Source: Eledone cirrhosa
Taxonomy: Eukaryota
Assembly: GCA_964016885.1 (NCBI GenBank)
Contig: OZ024760.1
Coordinates: forward strand, 26,350,001-26,414,000
DNA length: 64,000 nt
Reading direction: 5' to 3'
The stretch's first letter is position 1; each line of letters opens with the position of its first letter. Below the pieces are notes generated by a model. It was not told where the DNA came from and ran no database searches. It saw nothing but the letters and a program-made list of their open reading frames with translations. The position numbers and the translations under genes are program-made. This document shows, piece after piece, positions 1 through 13,505 of this stretch.

Positions 1-44
<44 letters not shown>

Positions 45-54
45 CACAACCACA

Positions 55-121
<67 letters not shown>

Positions 122-672
122 TACTACCACCACCATTACCACCCCCGCCACACCCCCACCCACCTCACCATCACAAGCACCACTACCACCACCACCACCA
201 TCACCAACACCACCACCAGTACCACTACCACCATCACCACCACCACCACCAACACCACCACCATCACCGCCAGCACCACCACCATCACCACCACTACCAC
301 CACCACCACCACCACCACTACCATCACCACCACCAACACCACCACCACCGCCACCAGCACTACCATCACCACCACCACTACCACCACCACCACCACCACC
401 TCCACCACCACCATCACCACTACCACCAACACCAACACCACCATCACCACCACCACTACCACCACCACCACCACCACCACCACCACCACCGCCACGACCA
501 CCATCATACTACCACCACCTCCACCACCACTACCACCACCACCACCACCACTTCCATTACCCACCATCCCTACCACCACCAGCATCCCCCCACACACCAC
601 CCCACCCTACCCCACCCCACCACTACCCCACTTCCACCACCACTACCACCACCATCACCACCACCACCACCA
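1..672. repeat. (ACT)n / (ACC)n compound microsatellite
   Basis: Direct reading; explains the poly-V ORF 136-600. Confidence 0.95.
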
Positions 673-945
673 TCTATACTATTATTACCACTATCGATAT
701 TAATATAATATAACTCTATTATTACCTACTTTGATATGTAATATTCCATTCCTGTTTCCAATATATTTTTCCTGTTGTTTGTCATCATGCTCTTCCATAC
801 TTTATGTTTTATGTTTTTCTTCCATACTTTTTCCCGCCGTCCTCTCTTCATGTCAACTTGCCGGATTCTATACATATTTTAACTTACACACAATCTTGAC
901 TCCAATCAAGGAATGCCATTCCTTGATTTATATATATATATATAG

Positions 946-1835
<890 letters not shown>

Positions 1836-1950
1836 AATTAGTATATCTACCAACATATTTATACAGATGTATACTTACGCTAGCAAAGATATAGGTTTTG
1901 TCTTAGTAACTTTGTGGTTCAATGCAAAGAGATGTACAACAATTATATAT

Positions 1951-2549
1951 AAGAAAATTATGTAATTAATTCACTTACTTAAATTTCACTCAAACTAATT
2001 AGTTTCTGAAAGGGGATATACATAGTCTTCAAATGGGGACCACGGAGAATCATTTCTTAATCAGGGAGGCATTCTCCGCTAAGATTCCTGGCGATACGCG
2101 GACACAGGGAATCGTATACAAAAATAATTCGGTGGATGGAAAAAAGCTAGCGTAGACTAAATTCTAAGCCATTAAAAACTTCACTGCCTTCCTGGTCAGT
2201 GGCAAATTCAAAAGAATCAATCACGTGACATCGATGTTAATCAGTGAGGAGTGGGGTGTTAAAAAGACAGTAGCCAAACTATTACTATGAACCATAGTAG
2301 TAATTTAGGAAGGCAGTGAAGTTTTCAATGACTTGGAATTTAGTCCGCGCTAGCTTTTTTCCATCCACTGAATTATTTTTGTATACGATTCCCTGTGTCC
2401 GCGATCACCAGGAATCTTAGCCGAGAATGACTCCCTGATGAAGAAAGGATTCTCCATGGTCTCCATTTGAAGACCATGTATATCCCCTTTCAGAAACTAA
2501 TTAGTTGGAGTGAAATTTAAGTAAGTGAGTTAATTACTATAATTTTCTT
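1951..2549. mobile_element. Fold-back insertion (~243-bp inverted arms 1951-2193 / 2307-2549) carrying an HHR; probable non-autonomous Penelope-like pLTR
   Basis: Arms are reverse complements with scattered mismatches; TA-rich flanks. Confidence 0.75.
2430..2511 (+). ncRNA. Type-I hammerhead ribozyme with extended helix II
   Basis: ACTCC-CTGATGA-A-GAAAGG..CATGGTCT CCATTTGA AGACCATG..CCTTTC-A-GAAA-CTAATTAG-TT-GGAGT. Helix I ACTCC/GGAGT; palindromic helix III. The mirror copy in the left arm is mutated (CTGATTA). Confidence 0.82.
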
Positions 2550-2562
2550 ACTTTACGTCTTT

Positions 2563-2637
<75 letters not shown>

Positions 2638-2712
2638 AGATATATATAGTGGTGGAAAACTGGAAGGTAATATCCGTAGTGGTAGAGCACTCAGTCCATG
2701 GGACGAGTTAAA

Positions 2713-2858
2713 TAGAAGTGGTTACACAAAAGTTAGTTCACCATACCGAGAACAATTGTTTCACCTTAGCGGATCCTCACCTCGGATTACGAGCTGAGGA
2801 TCCGTAAGGTGAAACAATTGTTTTCGGTATGGTGAACTAACTGTTGTGTAACCATTTC

Positions 2859-2861
<3 letters not shown>
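2713..2861. mobile_element. Short fold-back with two head-to-head HHR copies
   Basis: Arms ~2713-2785 / 2790-2861 around GATTA. Confidence 0.75.
2790..2826 (+). ncRNA. Minimal type-I hammerhead ribozyme
   Basis: CGAG-CTGAGGA-T-CC GTAA GG-T-GAAA-CAATTG-TT-TTCG. Palindromic ACAATTGT helix III; the opposite arm gives helix I CCGAG/CTCGG. Confidence 0.72.
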
Positions 2862-2907
<46 letters not shown>

Positions 2908-2908
<1 letters not shown>

Positions 2909-3128
2909 GATGAAATAGAAAATGCAACTGGAGTCTTATTTAAAAAAAAATATATATATTTATTTGGTTCCTATTCCGGTTTCGCAGTTCTTCGTGAGAA
3001 AAACCACAGACCTTCCATCTCAACTCTAGTTTTGAAAAGCAGAAGAACTGCGAAACCGGTAAAGGAACCAAATAAATATATATATATTTTTTTTAAATAA
3101 GACTGCAGTTGCATTTTCGATTTCATCT
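2908..3128. mobile_element. Fold-back insertion (arms ~2908-2993 / 3042-3128) with U3-A8 variant HHR at 3030-3065 (+)
   Basis: TTGAAAA-GCAG AAGAA CTGC-GAAA-CCGG-TA; helix I only 2 bp in this copy. Confidence 0.6.
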
Positions 3129-3490
3129 TTTTTTTCTTTATACTTTCACTCGTGTAGGACACCTCGGTTATTTTTCATTCTGTAAAAAAAAAAAATCCCC
3201 CCCCAAAACCTCACTTTCTAATAATATATATATATATGGGAGAACAAGTTATCGTTATAGGTAATCCAGTTAGAGTACTCCGCGTCGTTTTAACGTACGG
3301 CTTTGTTTGACTCAACAAGATGTTTTTATAGTTTTTTACATCTGTAACTTCTCTATCTATTTACCATACATGTTTTGCTATTGATGTTATTGTTTTAATT
3401 AAACGCTATTTTATTATTGATGTTATTGTTTTGGTGTTGCGCTACTTTTCTATATAAGTCTTGCATCAAGTGAACTATTTTCATATCTAC

Positions 3491-3601
3491 GTGCTCTGAT
3501 GTTATTAACCAGTTGTAAACAATGTATTGGAGTCGATTGACGCAATCTCAAGCGATTAGCGAACTCTAGACACACCTGATCAACGAAACGATTGTCAGTA
3601 C
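3491..3601 (+). ncRNA. Degenerate type-I HHR with long helix II
   Basis: GTGCT-CTGATGT(A9>U)...CTGATCAAC-GAAA-CGATTG-TC-AGTAC. Helix I GTGCT/AGTAC; helix II eroded. Confidence 0.5.
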
Positions 3602-3672
3602 TTTAAATAAAGCCTCTTATTGTACAGCCAACCATGTTACTCTTCTTTCTTTAACTCTTTCTCTCTCTCTCT

Positions 3673-3774
<102 letters not shown>

Positions 3775-3852
3775 CTCAAGCGTGAAACAAAAAACCATAC
3801 CATTTGTACTGCATCTCTGTTTTTTGTCCTCTGTTCATTCTTTCAACTATAT

Positions 3853-3939
<87 letters not shown>

Positions 3940-4147
3940 AATATAAGTATGTATACGTACATACATATATGTATATAGACGTACAGTAGTATGTATATAT
4001 ATACATACATGCACACATATATATGTACGTATGGGTTTACCGAACATTTATTATAATGTTCGGTTTCTTGTAAACAAACACCCCGAATTAGTAGCCGTAC
4101 AGTGTTTAGCAACCATCGTTGCCCTTTTGTTCAACACTGACTAAGGA

Positions 4148-4190
4148 ACGATGAACTGGTTTCTAGCTTATTAGCTGTCATCAGCATCGT
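4148..4190 (-). ncRNA. Minimal type-I hammerhead ribozyme (P2)
   Basis: ACGATG-CTGATGA-C-AGCT AATA AGCT-A-GAAA-CCAG-TT-CATCGT; perfect 6-bp helix I. Confidence 0.8.
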
Positions 4191-4381
4191 ATACCTTCCT
4201 GTCAGTCGATTGAGCCTTTTGAAAGTATATACTTTCCTCATGCATATTAACGGCTGAGCAACCTAATTTGCATATCGAGTGAGTTAGTCGGCCGGGTGTA
4301 CCGAAAACGATAAATGGAAAAAAATATCAGCCGTACTGAGAGTGAGAAATGAAATTTCATTTTTTTCCATATATATATATA

Positions 4382-4491
<110 letters not shown>

Positions 4492-4496
4492 TATAT

Positions 4497-4800
4497 ATTG
4501 TTATACTTTGGGAGGGTCATGTTGCCAATAAGAAACACACGAACCAGTTGCTTTCACTCCAATTTATTATAAATAAAAAAATATTTTTCAAAAAAAATTT
4601 ATAAATTTCCGGTTGGCTGGTTCGTTTCACAACCAGACGGTTGTTCATATATTGTCAACGTTCTTTCGTCACACAGAGTGAAAGCAACTGGTGCGTGTGT
4701 TTCTTATTGGCAACATGACCCTCCCAAAGTATAACAATATCGGTTTCAACACACGTTTTTAGATAAAGAATCTTGCTAAACAAATTCAGACACGAAATAT
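4497..4800. mobile_element. P1 Penelope-like fold-back nested in P2
   Basis: P1 3' end on minus (4497-4678), then its inverted copy with tail (4678-4800). ATATTCATATAT occurs on both sides as a TSD-like duplication. Confidence 0.8.
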
Positions 4801-4976
4801 TCATATATGTATATATGGAAAAAAATGAAATTTCATATCTCACTCTTAGTACGGCTGATATTTTTTCCATTTATCGTTTACGGTACACTCGGCCGACTAA
4901 CTCACTCGATATGCAAATTAGGTTGCTCAGCCGTTAATATGCATAAGGAAAGTATATACTTTCAAACGCTCAATCG

Positions 4977-5007
<31 letters not shown>

Positions 5008-5340
5008 CGAGCAGATTCACCCGGCGTTGCCCGGGGTTTGAAATGCAACAAAGTATAAACAAAAATCAAACGATAATATTAGTGATTTATCTTCAAATGA
5101 ATCTGATGTTTATATTTCTGTCAATAAAGTTGGTTATCTCCCTTACATCAATTTTGCGACCGATAATTTTGATATCGCTTTTTTAATGCTCAACGAAAGT
5201 TTTTGTGATGTGACCATCTTAACGACCTGTGCAACGTGCACAGAAAATTTGGTAATATTCGGTTGGTAATTGTAAAAGACTTAGGTATCCAAAATTGTAC
5301 ACAGACACACACACATCCTCGCTTTTATATATATATAAGA
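5008..5340 (-). mobile_element. Non-autonomous Helitron (Lep1-like)
   Basis: Minus strand starts TC-TTATATATATATAAAAG followed by a (GT)n/GTCT microsatellite. It ends with hairpin CCCGGGCAACGCCGGG, 8 nt, then CTCG (CTRR variant), and sits between A and T. Confidence 0.72.
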
Positions 5341-5379
5341 TAGAAGATAGGAGATATGTATACATATATATTTATATGA

Positions 5380-5423
<44 letters not shown>

Positions 5424-5534
5424 GGGCGCTTATGTGTGTGTGTGTATATATATATATGTGTGCGTGCGTGTGTATATATATATATATATATATGTGTGTA
5501 TATATATGAATATTTATATATATATATATATATA

Positions 5535-5883
5535 TAGTAGAATAATCGAGAATCGGAAAAACAGCTTACGAATTAACGATAAACAATATCCGATATGTGT
5601 GGCAGAGGGCTTATATGCTATCCTTTGTCCGATAGGATGTTTTTCACCAAACAGTGTGTCTGTGTGTATATATATATATTATATATATATAGGAACGAGT
5701 CGGACCCCGACGGCTGAGCTCAAGCCGTTTCGACAGTTAATTCTGGACTCCAGAATTAGCCGTCGAAACGGCTTGAGCTCAGCCGTCGGGGTCCTATTCG
5801 TTCCTATTACTCACTCTACTACCCTAAGTATTGAGTACTTTGGTGCGTTATGGTCCACCTGGTTCCTTACCACATTTCCTTCG

Positions 5884-5886
<3 letters not shown>
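5535..5886. mobile_element. Family P3 fold-back element in (TA)n
   Basis: GACCCCGACGGCTGAGCTCAAGCCGTTTCGAC...CTGGA/TCCAG palindrome. Further copies at 7348-7552, 18070-18215, 30255-30490, 40176-40365, and diverged at 46885-46970. Confidence 0.7.
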
Positions 5887-5916
<30 letters not shown>

Positions 5917-6485
5917 ACCAGCACCAGCACAACAACTACCACCACCACCACCACCGCAACCTCCAACACCACCACCACCAACACCTAAACCCCCACCTCA
6001 CCCCCAACATGACCGCCCCAACCTCACCCCACCATGACACCACCACTACCACCACCACCAACAACACCTAAACCCCTAGCTCACCCCCCAACATGACCGC
6101 CCCAACTCACCCCACCATGACACCACTACTACCACCACCACCACCACCACCACCCCCACCTCCAACACCCCCACCACCAACACCTAAACGCCCACCTCAC
6201 CCCCCAACATGACCGCCCTAACCTCACCCCACCATGACACCACCACCACCACCACTACCCCCCACCCCCCGCCCCACAATGAACCCTCCCCCCATGAACC
6301 CCCCACATCCATAGCCACCCCATCGCCAGCCCCACCCCCACCACCACCACCATCACCCACCCTGACACCACCGCCGCCGCCACCTCTCAATCTATCCCTA
6401 TATACACTAAGAGTGTCAGACTGTTTATTTAACTACAACTGGGGGCAGTTTCTCACTATGTCTCACATGAAGTTCACATTCACAG

Positions 6486-6524
6486 GTTGCTAGGTAGCAG
6501 GGCCTTTGTCCGTTGCTATGTAAC
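6486..6524. promoter_or_regulatory. Two RFX X-box-like sites
   Basis: GTTGCTAGGTAGC (6486-6498) and GTTGCTATGTAAC (6512-6524) in a unique island. Confidence 0.4.
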
Positions 6525-6704
6525 CAGGCCCACTTTAGAGCTCTGGCTCACTTGACAACCTTTCTCTTTTACTTCTTTCTTTCTTTTTTGTATTGCTCAC
6601 TCACACCCACACACTCACACTCTCGCCTGTCCTTTCCTCGTTCTCTTTTTCTTTCTGTTTACCCCCTCTCTCTCTCTATCTCTATCTATCTATCTATCTA
6701 TCTA

Positions 6705-6785
<81 letters not shown>

Positions 6786-6879
6786 CTATATCTATATATT
6801 TATATGTATATATATATATACATACACACACGTATATATATATATAGATATATATATATACGTCTGTGTGTGTATGTAT

Positions 6880-6910
<31 letters not shown>

Positions 6911-7004
6911 CATATAAATATATATATATATATATATACATATAAATATATATATAATTATAAATATATATATATATTTATGTTGAAATATATATATATA
7001 TTTA

Positions 7005-7185
7005 TCGGTTGAAACCGATATTTTTATACTTTGGGAGGGTCATGTTGCCAATAAGAAACACACGCACCAGCTGCTTTCACGCCAATTTATTATAAGTTAA
7101 ATTTATAAATTTAACTTATAATAAATTGGAGTGAAATCAACTGGTGCGTGTGTTTCTCATTGGCAACATGACCCTCCCAAAATAT

Positions 7186-7192
<7 letters not shown>
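7005..7192. mobile_element. P1 spacer-less palindrome (3' end of Penelope-like element)
   Basis: Near-perfect inverted repeat centred on TTTATAAA (~7105). Confidence 0.8.
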
Positions 7193-7227
<35 letters not shown>

Positions 7228-7308
7228 TATATTGTGCATGAAGAAAGACAAATATGGTGATCGGAACATTTTTTTTTATTATACATATACACGTATGCAT
7301 ATAGAAAC

Positions 7309-7351
<43 letters not shown>

Positions 7352-7551
7352 ACGAAGGAAATGTGGTAAGGAACCAGATGGACCATAACACACCAAAGTA
7401 CTCAATACTTAGGGTAGTAGAGTGGGTAATAGGTACGAGTAGGACCCCGACGGCTGATCTCAAGCCGTTTCGACGGCTAATTCTGGACTAAATTTAGTCC
7501 AGAATTAGCCGTCAAAACGGCCTGAGCTCAGCCGTCGGGGTCCTACTCTTA

Positions 7552-7593
<42 letters not shown>

Positions 7594-7895
7594 GTTACGA
7601 CGTACGGTGAGGGGTTACTCAACGTGTTACAAAAGAACAGTTAAAGAAACTTGGTTTCCGATTCTTCTATATTCCGGAGTGTAGATAAAGAATGATTAAT
7701 AAAACAGGTAGACACCAGAAAAAGGTAATTTATTCCAAGTGTTTCCAAATGTTTCCTTAGTAGTTACACAGCTTAGTTATGCTATATGCAAATTGGTAGT
7801 TATTAATTTGCAGATACTCAATTTTCAAATGCTGTTTGTACCACCAATTCTTCAGAACTAAAAATGGCTGGGCCATAGTTTCTTAATATTTCTTA

Positions 7896-8010
<115 letters not shown>

Positions 8011-8739
8011 CATATTTGTTTTTATATGCATACGTGTGATAAACATGTATGTGTACAATGAAAACATGTTGTTCCGATGAACATATATGTCTTTATTCCT
8101 GCAGAGTACAGTATATCTAAGACTACATTTTTGAAATGTGTTTTTACCAAAAGCATTGTATGTGTTGTTTAACCCCAGTTACTTATGATCCAAGAAACGT
8201 ATAATCAACTGTGATGATCCACCTTTTAGTCTACATTTTAGACGTTTTATTGATGTGTGACTTGAAATAGATTTAACAATTTCTTGACTGTTGCATATCA
8301 CCCAGATGCCTTCTCAATGGGCTGGTCCTTGTTGGTTAAGTTCTAGATAAAATTTACGTAAAGAATGGATGGTATCAAAGAGCTGGGATAGGTATTTGTT
8401 TTAAGTAGGGTAGTTCCCTAATCGTAAACCCTGAATAAAATTGATATATTTGCTGGTGTAACGTATGATTTTATGTTTAATTTAGATATACATATAGTAG
8501 TTTTTTTTTACCCACCACATATTTGTTCTTCCTCAAATATTGTTTACGATTTATGTCGTTCAAACCATAAAACATATTTTATAGTGTTTTCTTCTGAAAA
8601 CCCCTTTAAAATAAGGTTCTAACATCAGCAACACACATTCAGCAGTTCAAAAAGAAGGCTCGCGTCACTAATCAATCTTGTTAAAACTAAGCTTTAATAA
8701 GCTTTAAAGCTGACAGTTTCTTGTCATGATATTATTATT

Positions 8740-8935
8740 CTTAGTCTTAGCTTCATCCCCACCTTTCGGCACATCGATCTGTACATCGTCCCCAACGATC
8801 ACGACCAGCGGCAGCTTTTTCGTGTCTGTGTCAAGTGATGCTAACTGCCATCAATCTTTTTGGAATGTTCGTCGCCAGTTGATCCTGTGGAATCCCCGTT
8901 TCCGTTCGCCGCTAGGTGGAGTCCAATTCATCGCC
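8740..8935 (-). mobile_element. RTE-type LINE 3' end fragment
   Basis: Minus: MNWTPPSGERKRGFHRINWRRTFQKD, then in a shifted frame AAAGRDRWGRCTDRCAERWG*, followed by a CTAAGA-like tail. Resembles the RTE C-terminal W.P.GKR.RGRP..W motif. Confidence 0.7.
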
Positions 8936-9050
8936 GTTAATAGTCATGTCATTTCATTATCATAACGACATTAATATGACGTCATTAATATAATATTGTT
9001 AGGGTGATTGTCATTTTCAAAACTTTATTAATATGAAATCATAATCACAT

Positions 9051-9135
9051 CATTAGCATAACATTAGCATAACATCATTAGCATAACGTCATTAGCATAA
9101 CGTCATTAGCATAACGTCATTAGCATAACGTAATT
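9051..9135. repeat. 14-bp tandem repeat (CATTAGCATAACGT), ~6 copies
   Basis: Direct reading. Confidence 0.9.
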
Positions 9136-9173
9136 AGAATAATATGAATGCCAATGTGTATGCAAGGATTTGT

Positions 9174-9262
<89 letters not shown>

Positions 9263-9848
9263 TGTGTGTAATGAAGACATACAGTGCATGTGTGTGTGTA
9301 AGCAAGAAATACAGTGCATGTGTGAGTGTATGTGTGTGAGAGAGAGAGAGGGGGAGTATGTGTGTGTAATCAAGAATTACAGTGCATGTGTGATTGTGCG
9401 CGTGCGTGCATGTGTGTGTGTATGTGTGTGCTTGTGAGTGTGTGTGCATGTGTATGTGTGTGAGTTCATGCGTGTGTGCGTGTGTATGTGTGTGTGTGTC
9501 TGCGCATGTGTGCATGTGTGCTTGTGAGTGTGTGTGCATGTGTGTGCTTGTGAGTGTGTGTGCATGTGTGTGTGTGTATGTGTGTGTGTGCTTGTGAGTG
9601 TGTGTGCATGTGTGTGTGTGTATGTGTGTGTGTGCTTGTGAGTGTGTGTGCATGTGTGTGTGTGTATGTGTGTGTGTGCTTGTGAGTGTGTGTGCATGTG
9701 TGTGCGCGTGTGTGCATGTGCGTGTGCGTGTGTGCTTGTGAGTCTGTGTGCATGTGTGTGTGTGTGTGCATGCGTGTGTGTGTGTGTGTCCGTTTGTCTC
9801 TCCCAATCCATATATCGGTCACTGGATGCTTCTATTTGCTTTCGTATC

Positions 9849-9889
<41 letters not shown>

Positions 9890-9945
9890 TTTGAGTATAA
9901 ACCTGTGTGTGTGTATGTCTGTGTGTGGCTGGGTCTATCTGTTAC

Positions 9946-10016
<71 letters not shown>

Positions 10017-10708
10017 TAAGAAGGAGAGAGAGAGAAATAAGAATGTGAGAGAGAGAGAGAGAAATAATAAGAAAGAGAGAGAGAAAAAAAATAGAAAGAG
10101 AAAGGAAGATAGAGGGAGAGGGAGAAAGGGAGAGATTTGAGAAATAAAACAGAGTGGGATGAGAGAGAGGAGTGAGAGAAGGGTAAAGGATTGGAGGTGA
10201 GAGAGAGAGAGACTGGTGGTAAGAGAGGGAGGGTGAGAATGTGGGGGAGAGACGAAGAGAAGGGTAAGGGAGAGAAGGGGCGAGAAAGAGAGAGAGAGAG
10301 CGGGTGAGAGAGTGACGGAGAGAGTGGAGGAGAGAGGAGGTGTAGAAAAGAGATGGAGGGGAGAGAGAGAGAGTAGGGGAGTGTGAGAAAGAGACGGAGA
10401 GAGGGGTAAGGGAGAGAAGGGGCGAGAGAGAGAGAGCGGGTGAGAGAGTGACGGAGAGAGTGGAGGAGAGAGGAGGTGTAGAAAAGAGATGGAGGGGAGA
10501 GAGAGAGAGTAGGGGAGTGTGAGAAAGAGACGGAGAAGGCGGGGGGGGGGGAGAAAGAGAGGAAGGGGCAGAGAGAGAGAGAAAGAGAAATAAGAAAGAA
10601 AAAGAAAGCGAGGGTGAGAGAGAAAGATAATAAGATTATGAATAGAAGTAGAAAAAACAAGAAACACGAAGAATGATGTGAAGCTGTGTTTAAGAGTTGC
10701 CCTCATTA

Positions 10709-10823
10709 TTGCCCCCTACTGGTAAGACAGGATATAGGGCGGGGGTCCTTACCGCGGCTTTGTCGCATAAACTTTAGGGGCTTCATTGAATAACTCCCGC
10801 CTCTACTTCAACAAAATGGCCGA
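10709..10823. promoter_or_regulatory. CTCF-like site, GC box and YY1-like site
   Basis: TGCCCCCTACTGG (10710-10722; reverse complement CCAGTAGGGGGCA), GGGCGGGG (~10737), AAAATGGCCG (~10813). Confidence 0.45.
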
Positions 10824-11265
10824 GAAAACAACGACAACAATAACAACTACTGCGACAACGATGACTATGATAGAAGCAACAACAGCTACAACAACATACA
10901 GCAACAACAACAACAACAGCAACAACATGCAGCAACAGCAGCAGCAACAACAACATACAGCAGCAACAACAACTACAACAAAATACAGCAACAACAACAA
11001 CAACATACAGCAACAACAACATACAGCAGCAACAACAACTACAACAACATACAGCAACAACAACAACAGCAACAACAACATGCAGCAGCAACAACAACAT
11101 ACAGCAGCAACAACAACTACAACAAAATACAGCAACAACAACAACAAAAACAACAACATACAGCAGCAACAGCAACTACACCAACATACAGCAACAACAA
11201 CATACAGCAGCAACAACAACAACAACAGCAACAGCAACAACAACAGCAACAGAAGTAACAGCTTC

Positions 11266-11308
<43 letters not shown>

Positions 11309-11438
11309 CCATCAACAACAACAACAACACCATCAACAGCAACAACAACAACAGCATCAACAACAACAGCAACGACGACAACAATAATAGCAACAACAAC
11401 AACAGCAACAGAAGTAACAGCAACAACAATAGCAACAC

Positions 11439-11475
<37 letters not shown>

Positions 11476-12070
11476 GGCAACAGCAACAACAACAATAACA
11501 ACGGCAGCCCCCCCCCCCCCCCATACACACACACATCACCACCACCACCACCACCACCACAACCAACAACAGCAACAACGCTATATAGAAAGGAGTTGCC
11601 TTTATTTCTTCAACTCAAAGGTGAAGATCGGAACAAAGGAATGAAATAAAATAAAAAAATAAAAATAAAATAAGAATAAAAGAAAAAAAAGAATAAAAGA
11701 AAAAGAAAGAAAATAAGAAAAATAAAGAAAAAAGAAAAAAATATACCCCCCCCCCCCAAAAAAAAAATAAAGGGTGAAGAAGGAGTTAGAGTGTATCTAA
11801 CAAAGAGCAGTGTGGGTGGGTGGGTGGGGGTGGGGGGTGGGGGTTTAATAGGGTGGCGGTTGGTGTAGTCTGAGAGAAAAGTGAAACTAGGTTTTCGTTG
11901 GCGGATTACGAGGAAATAATAAGAACAATAAGAAGTTCTGTATATGAAAAATAAGTAAAGTTAAAAAAAAAAGTGTTGTCGTTTTAGAGGGCAGGAAGCC
12001 ATTATCTGGAGTATGTGGTTTGATTGGTTTACTGGAATGTCAAGCAATGAGCAACAACTGGGCTTGCTAG

Positions 12071-12270
12071 NNNNNNNNNNNNNNNNNNNNNNNNNNNNNN
12101 NNNNNNNNNNNNNNNNNNNNNNNNNNNNNNNNNNNNNNNNNNNNNNNNNNNNNNNNNNNNNNNNNNNNNNNNNNNNNNNNNNNNNNNNNNNNNNNNNNNN
12201 NNNNNNNNNNNNNNNNNNNNNNNNNNNNNNNNNNNNNNNNNNNNNNNNNNNNNNNNNNNNNNNNNNNNNN
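12071..12270. other. Assembly gap
   Basis: 200 Ns. Confidence 1.
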
Positions 12271-13016
12271 AGATAGAGATAGATATAGAGGGAGGCGTGA
12301 GGGATAGGCAGAGTAGAGATAGGTATAGAGGAGGAGTGAGGACAGGGACTGGTGTGTGGCTGAGGGCGTGAGGGATAGGTAGAGATATAGATAGATATAG
12401 AGGGAGGAGTGAGACAGGGACTGGTGTGTGGCTGAGGGCGTGAGGGATAGGTAGAGATAGAGATAGATATTAAGGGAGGGGTGAGGACAGGGACAGAGAT
12501 GAAGACGAGGATGGTGGTTGGTGTAGAGAGAAACGGATTGAGATGAAAGGGAGGGAGAGAGAGAGAGGGAGAGAGAGGGAGGTAGAGAGAGGGATGTAGA
12601 GAGAGGAAAAGAGAGATGGAGAGAGACAGAGAGATAGAGAGAGGAAGAGAGCGAGGAGATAGAGAGAGGAAGAGAGAGATGGAGAGAGACAGGGAGATAG
12701 AGAGAGGAAGAGAGAGATGGAGAGAGAGAGGGATATAGAGAGAGTGAGAGAGAGATGGGGAGAGACAGGGAGATAGAGAGAGGAAGAGAGAGGAAGAGAG
12801 AGAAGAGAGAGGAAGAGAGAGGAAGAGAGAGGAAGAGAGATATGGTGAAACATAGAGAGAGTAAGGGGAAAAGCAGACTGTTATACAAGAGTTTGTTTAA
12901 GCGAGGGGGAGGGGTGAGCGAGAGGGGAGAGGGTAGATGGGGAGGGGGGAGAGAATAAACAAGCGGGAAGGTAGAAAGACGAAACACTATAAGACTACAA
13001 ATAATAGCGTATCTGT

Positions 13017-13505
13017 TTTATGCACAAGAGCCAAACATAAATCTACTCCAGTGCATTACTGATATGTTATTTTATCAAACCCGAAAGGATGAAAGCCAAA
13101 AGAAAGCTAACCTCGGCGGATTTGAACTCAGAAGGTAAAGGCCCGTAACTCTATGCCGCGAAGCATGTTGTCCGATGCTCTGGTTTCTGACTTTAGGCAC
13201 AAGACCAACAAATACCTCAGAGCATTACTGGTACTTAATTTTATTGAATCCCGAAAGGATGAAAGGCAAAGCTAACCTCGGCTGGATTTCAACTCAGAAC
13301 GTAAAGGACCGTAACTCTATGCCGCGAAGCATGTTGTCCGATGCTCTGGTTTCTGACTTAGGCACAATACCAACAAATACCTCAGAGCATTACTGGTACT
13401 TAATTTTATCGAATCCGAAAGGATGAAAGGCAAAGCTAACCTCGGCTGGATTTCAACTCAGAACGTAATGGACATAATTACATGCCGTATGTTGTCCGAT
13501 GCTCC
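13017..13505 (-). mobile_element. tRNA-derived SINE (Nin/Deu-like core), three tandem partial copies (~165-170-bp period)
   Basis: Minus strand has B box GAGTTCAAATCC and core CTTTGCCTTTCATCCTTTCGGG...AAGTACCAGT. Other copies: 14690-14850, 17245-17392, 21025-21205, 21278-21808, 48478-48620 (all minus) and 47955-48362 (plus). Confidence 0.8.

Noticed and set aside
10786-11649. Poly-N/Q/T ORF, and similar ones at 22671-23703, 42895-43765 and 51506-52348
   Set aside because: Trinucleotide microsatellites lacking stops; open on both strands.
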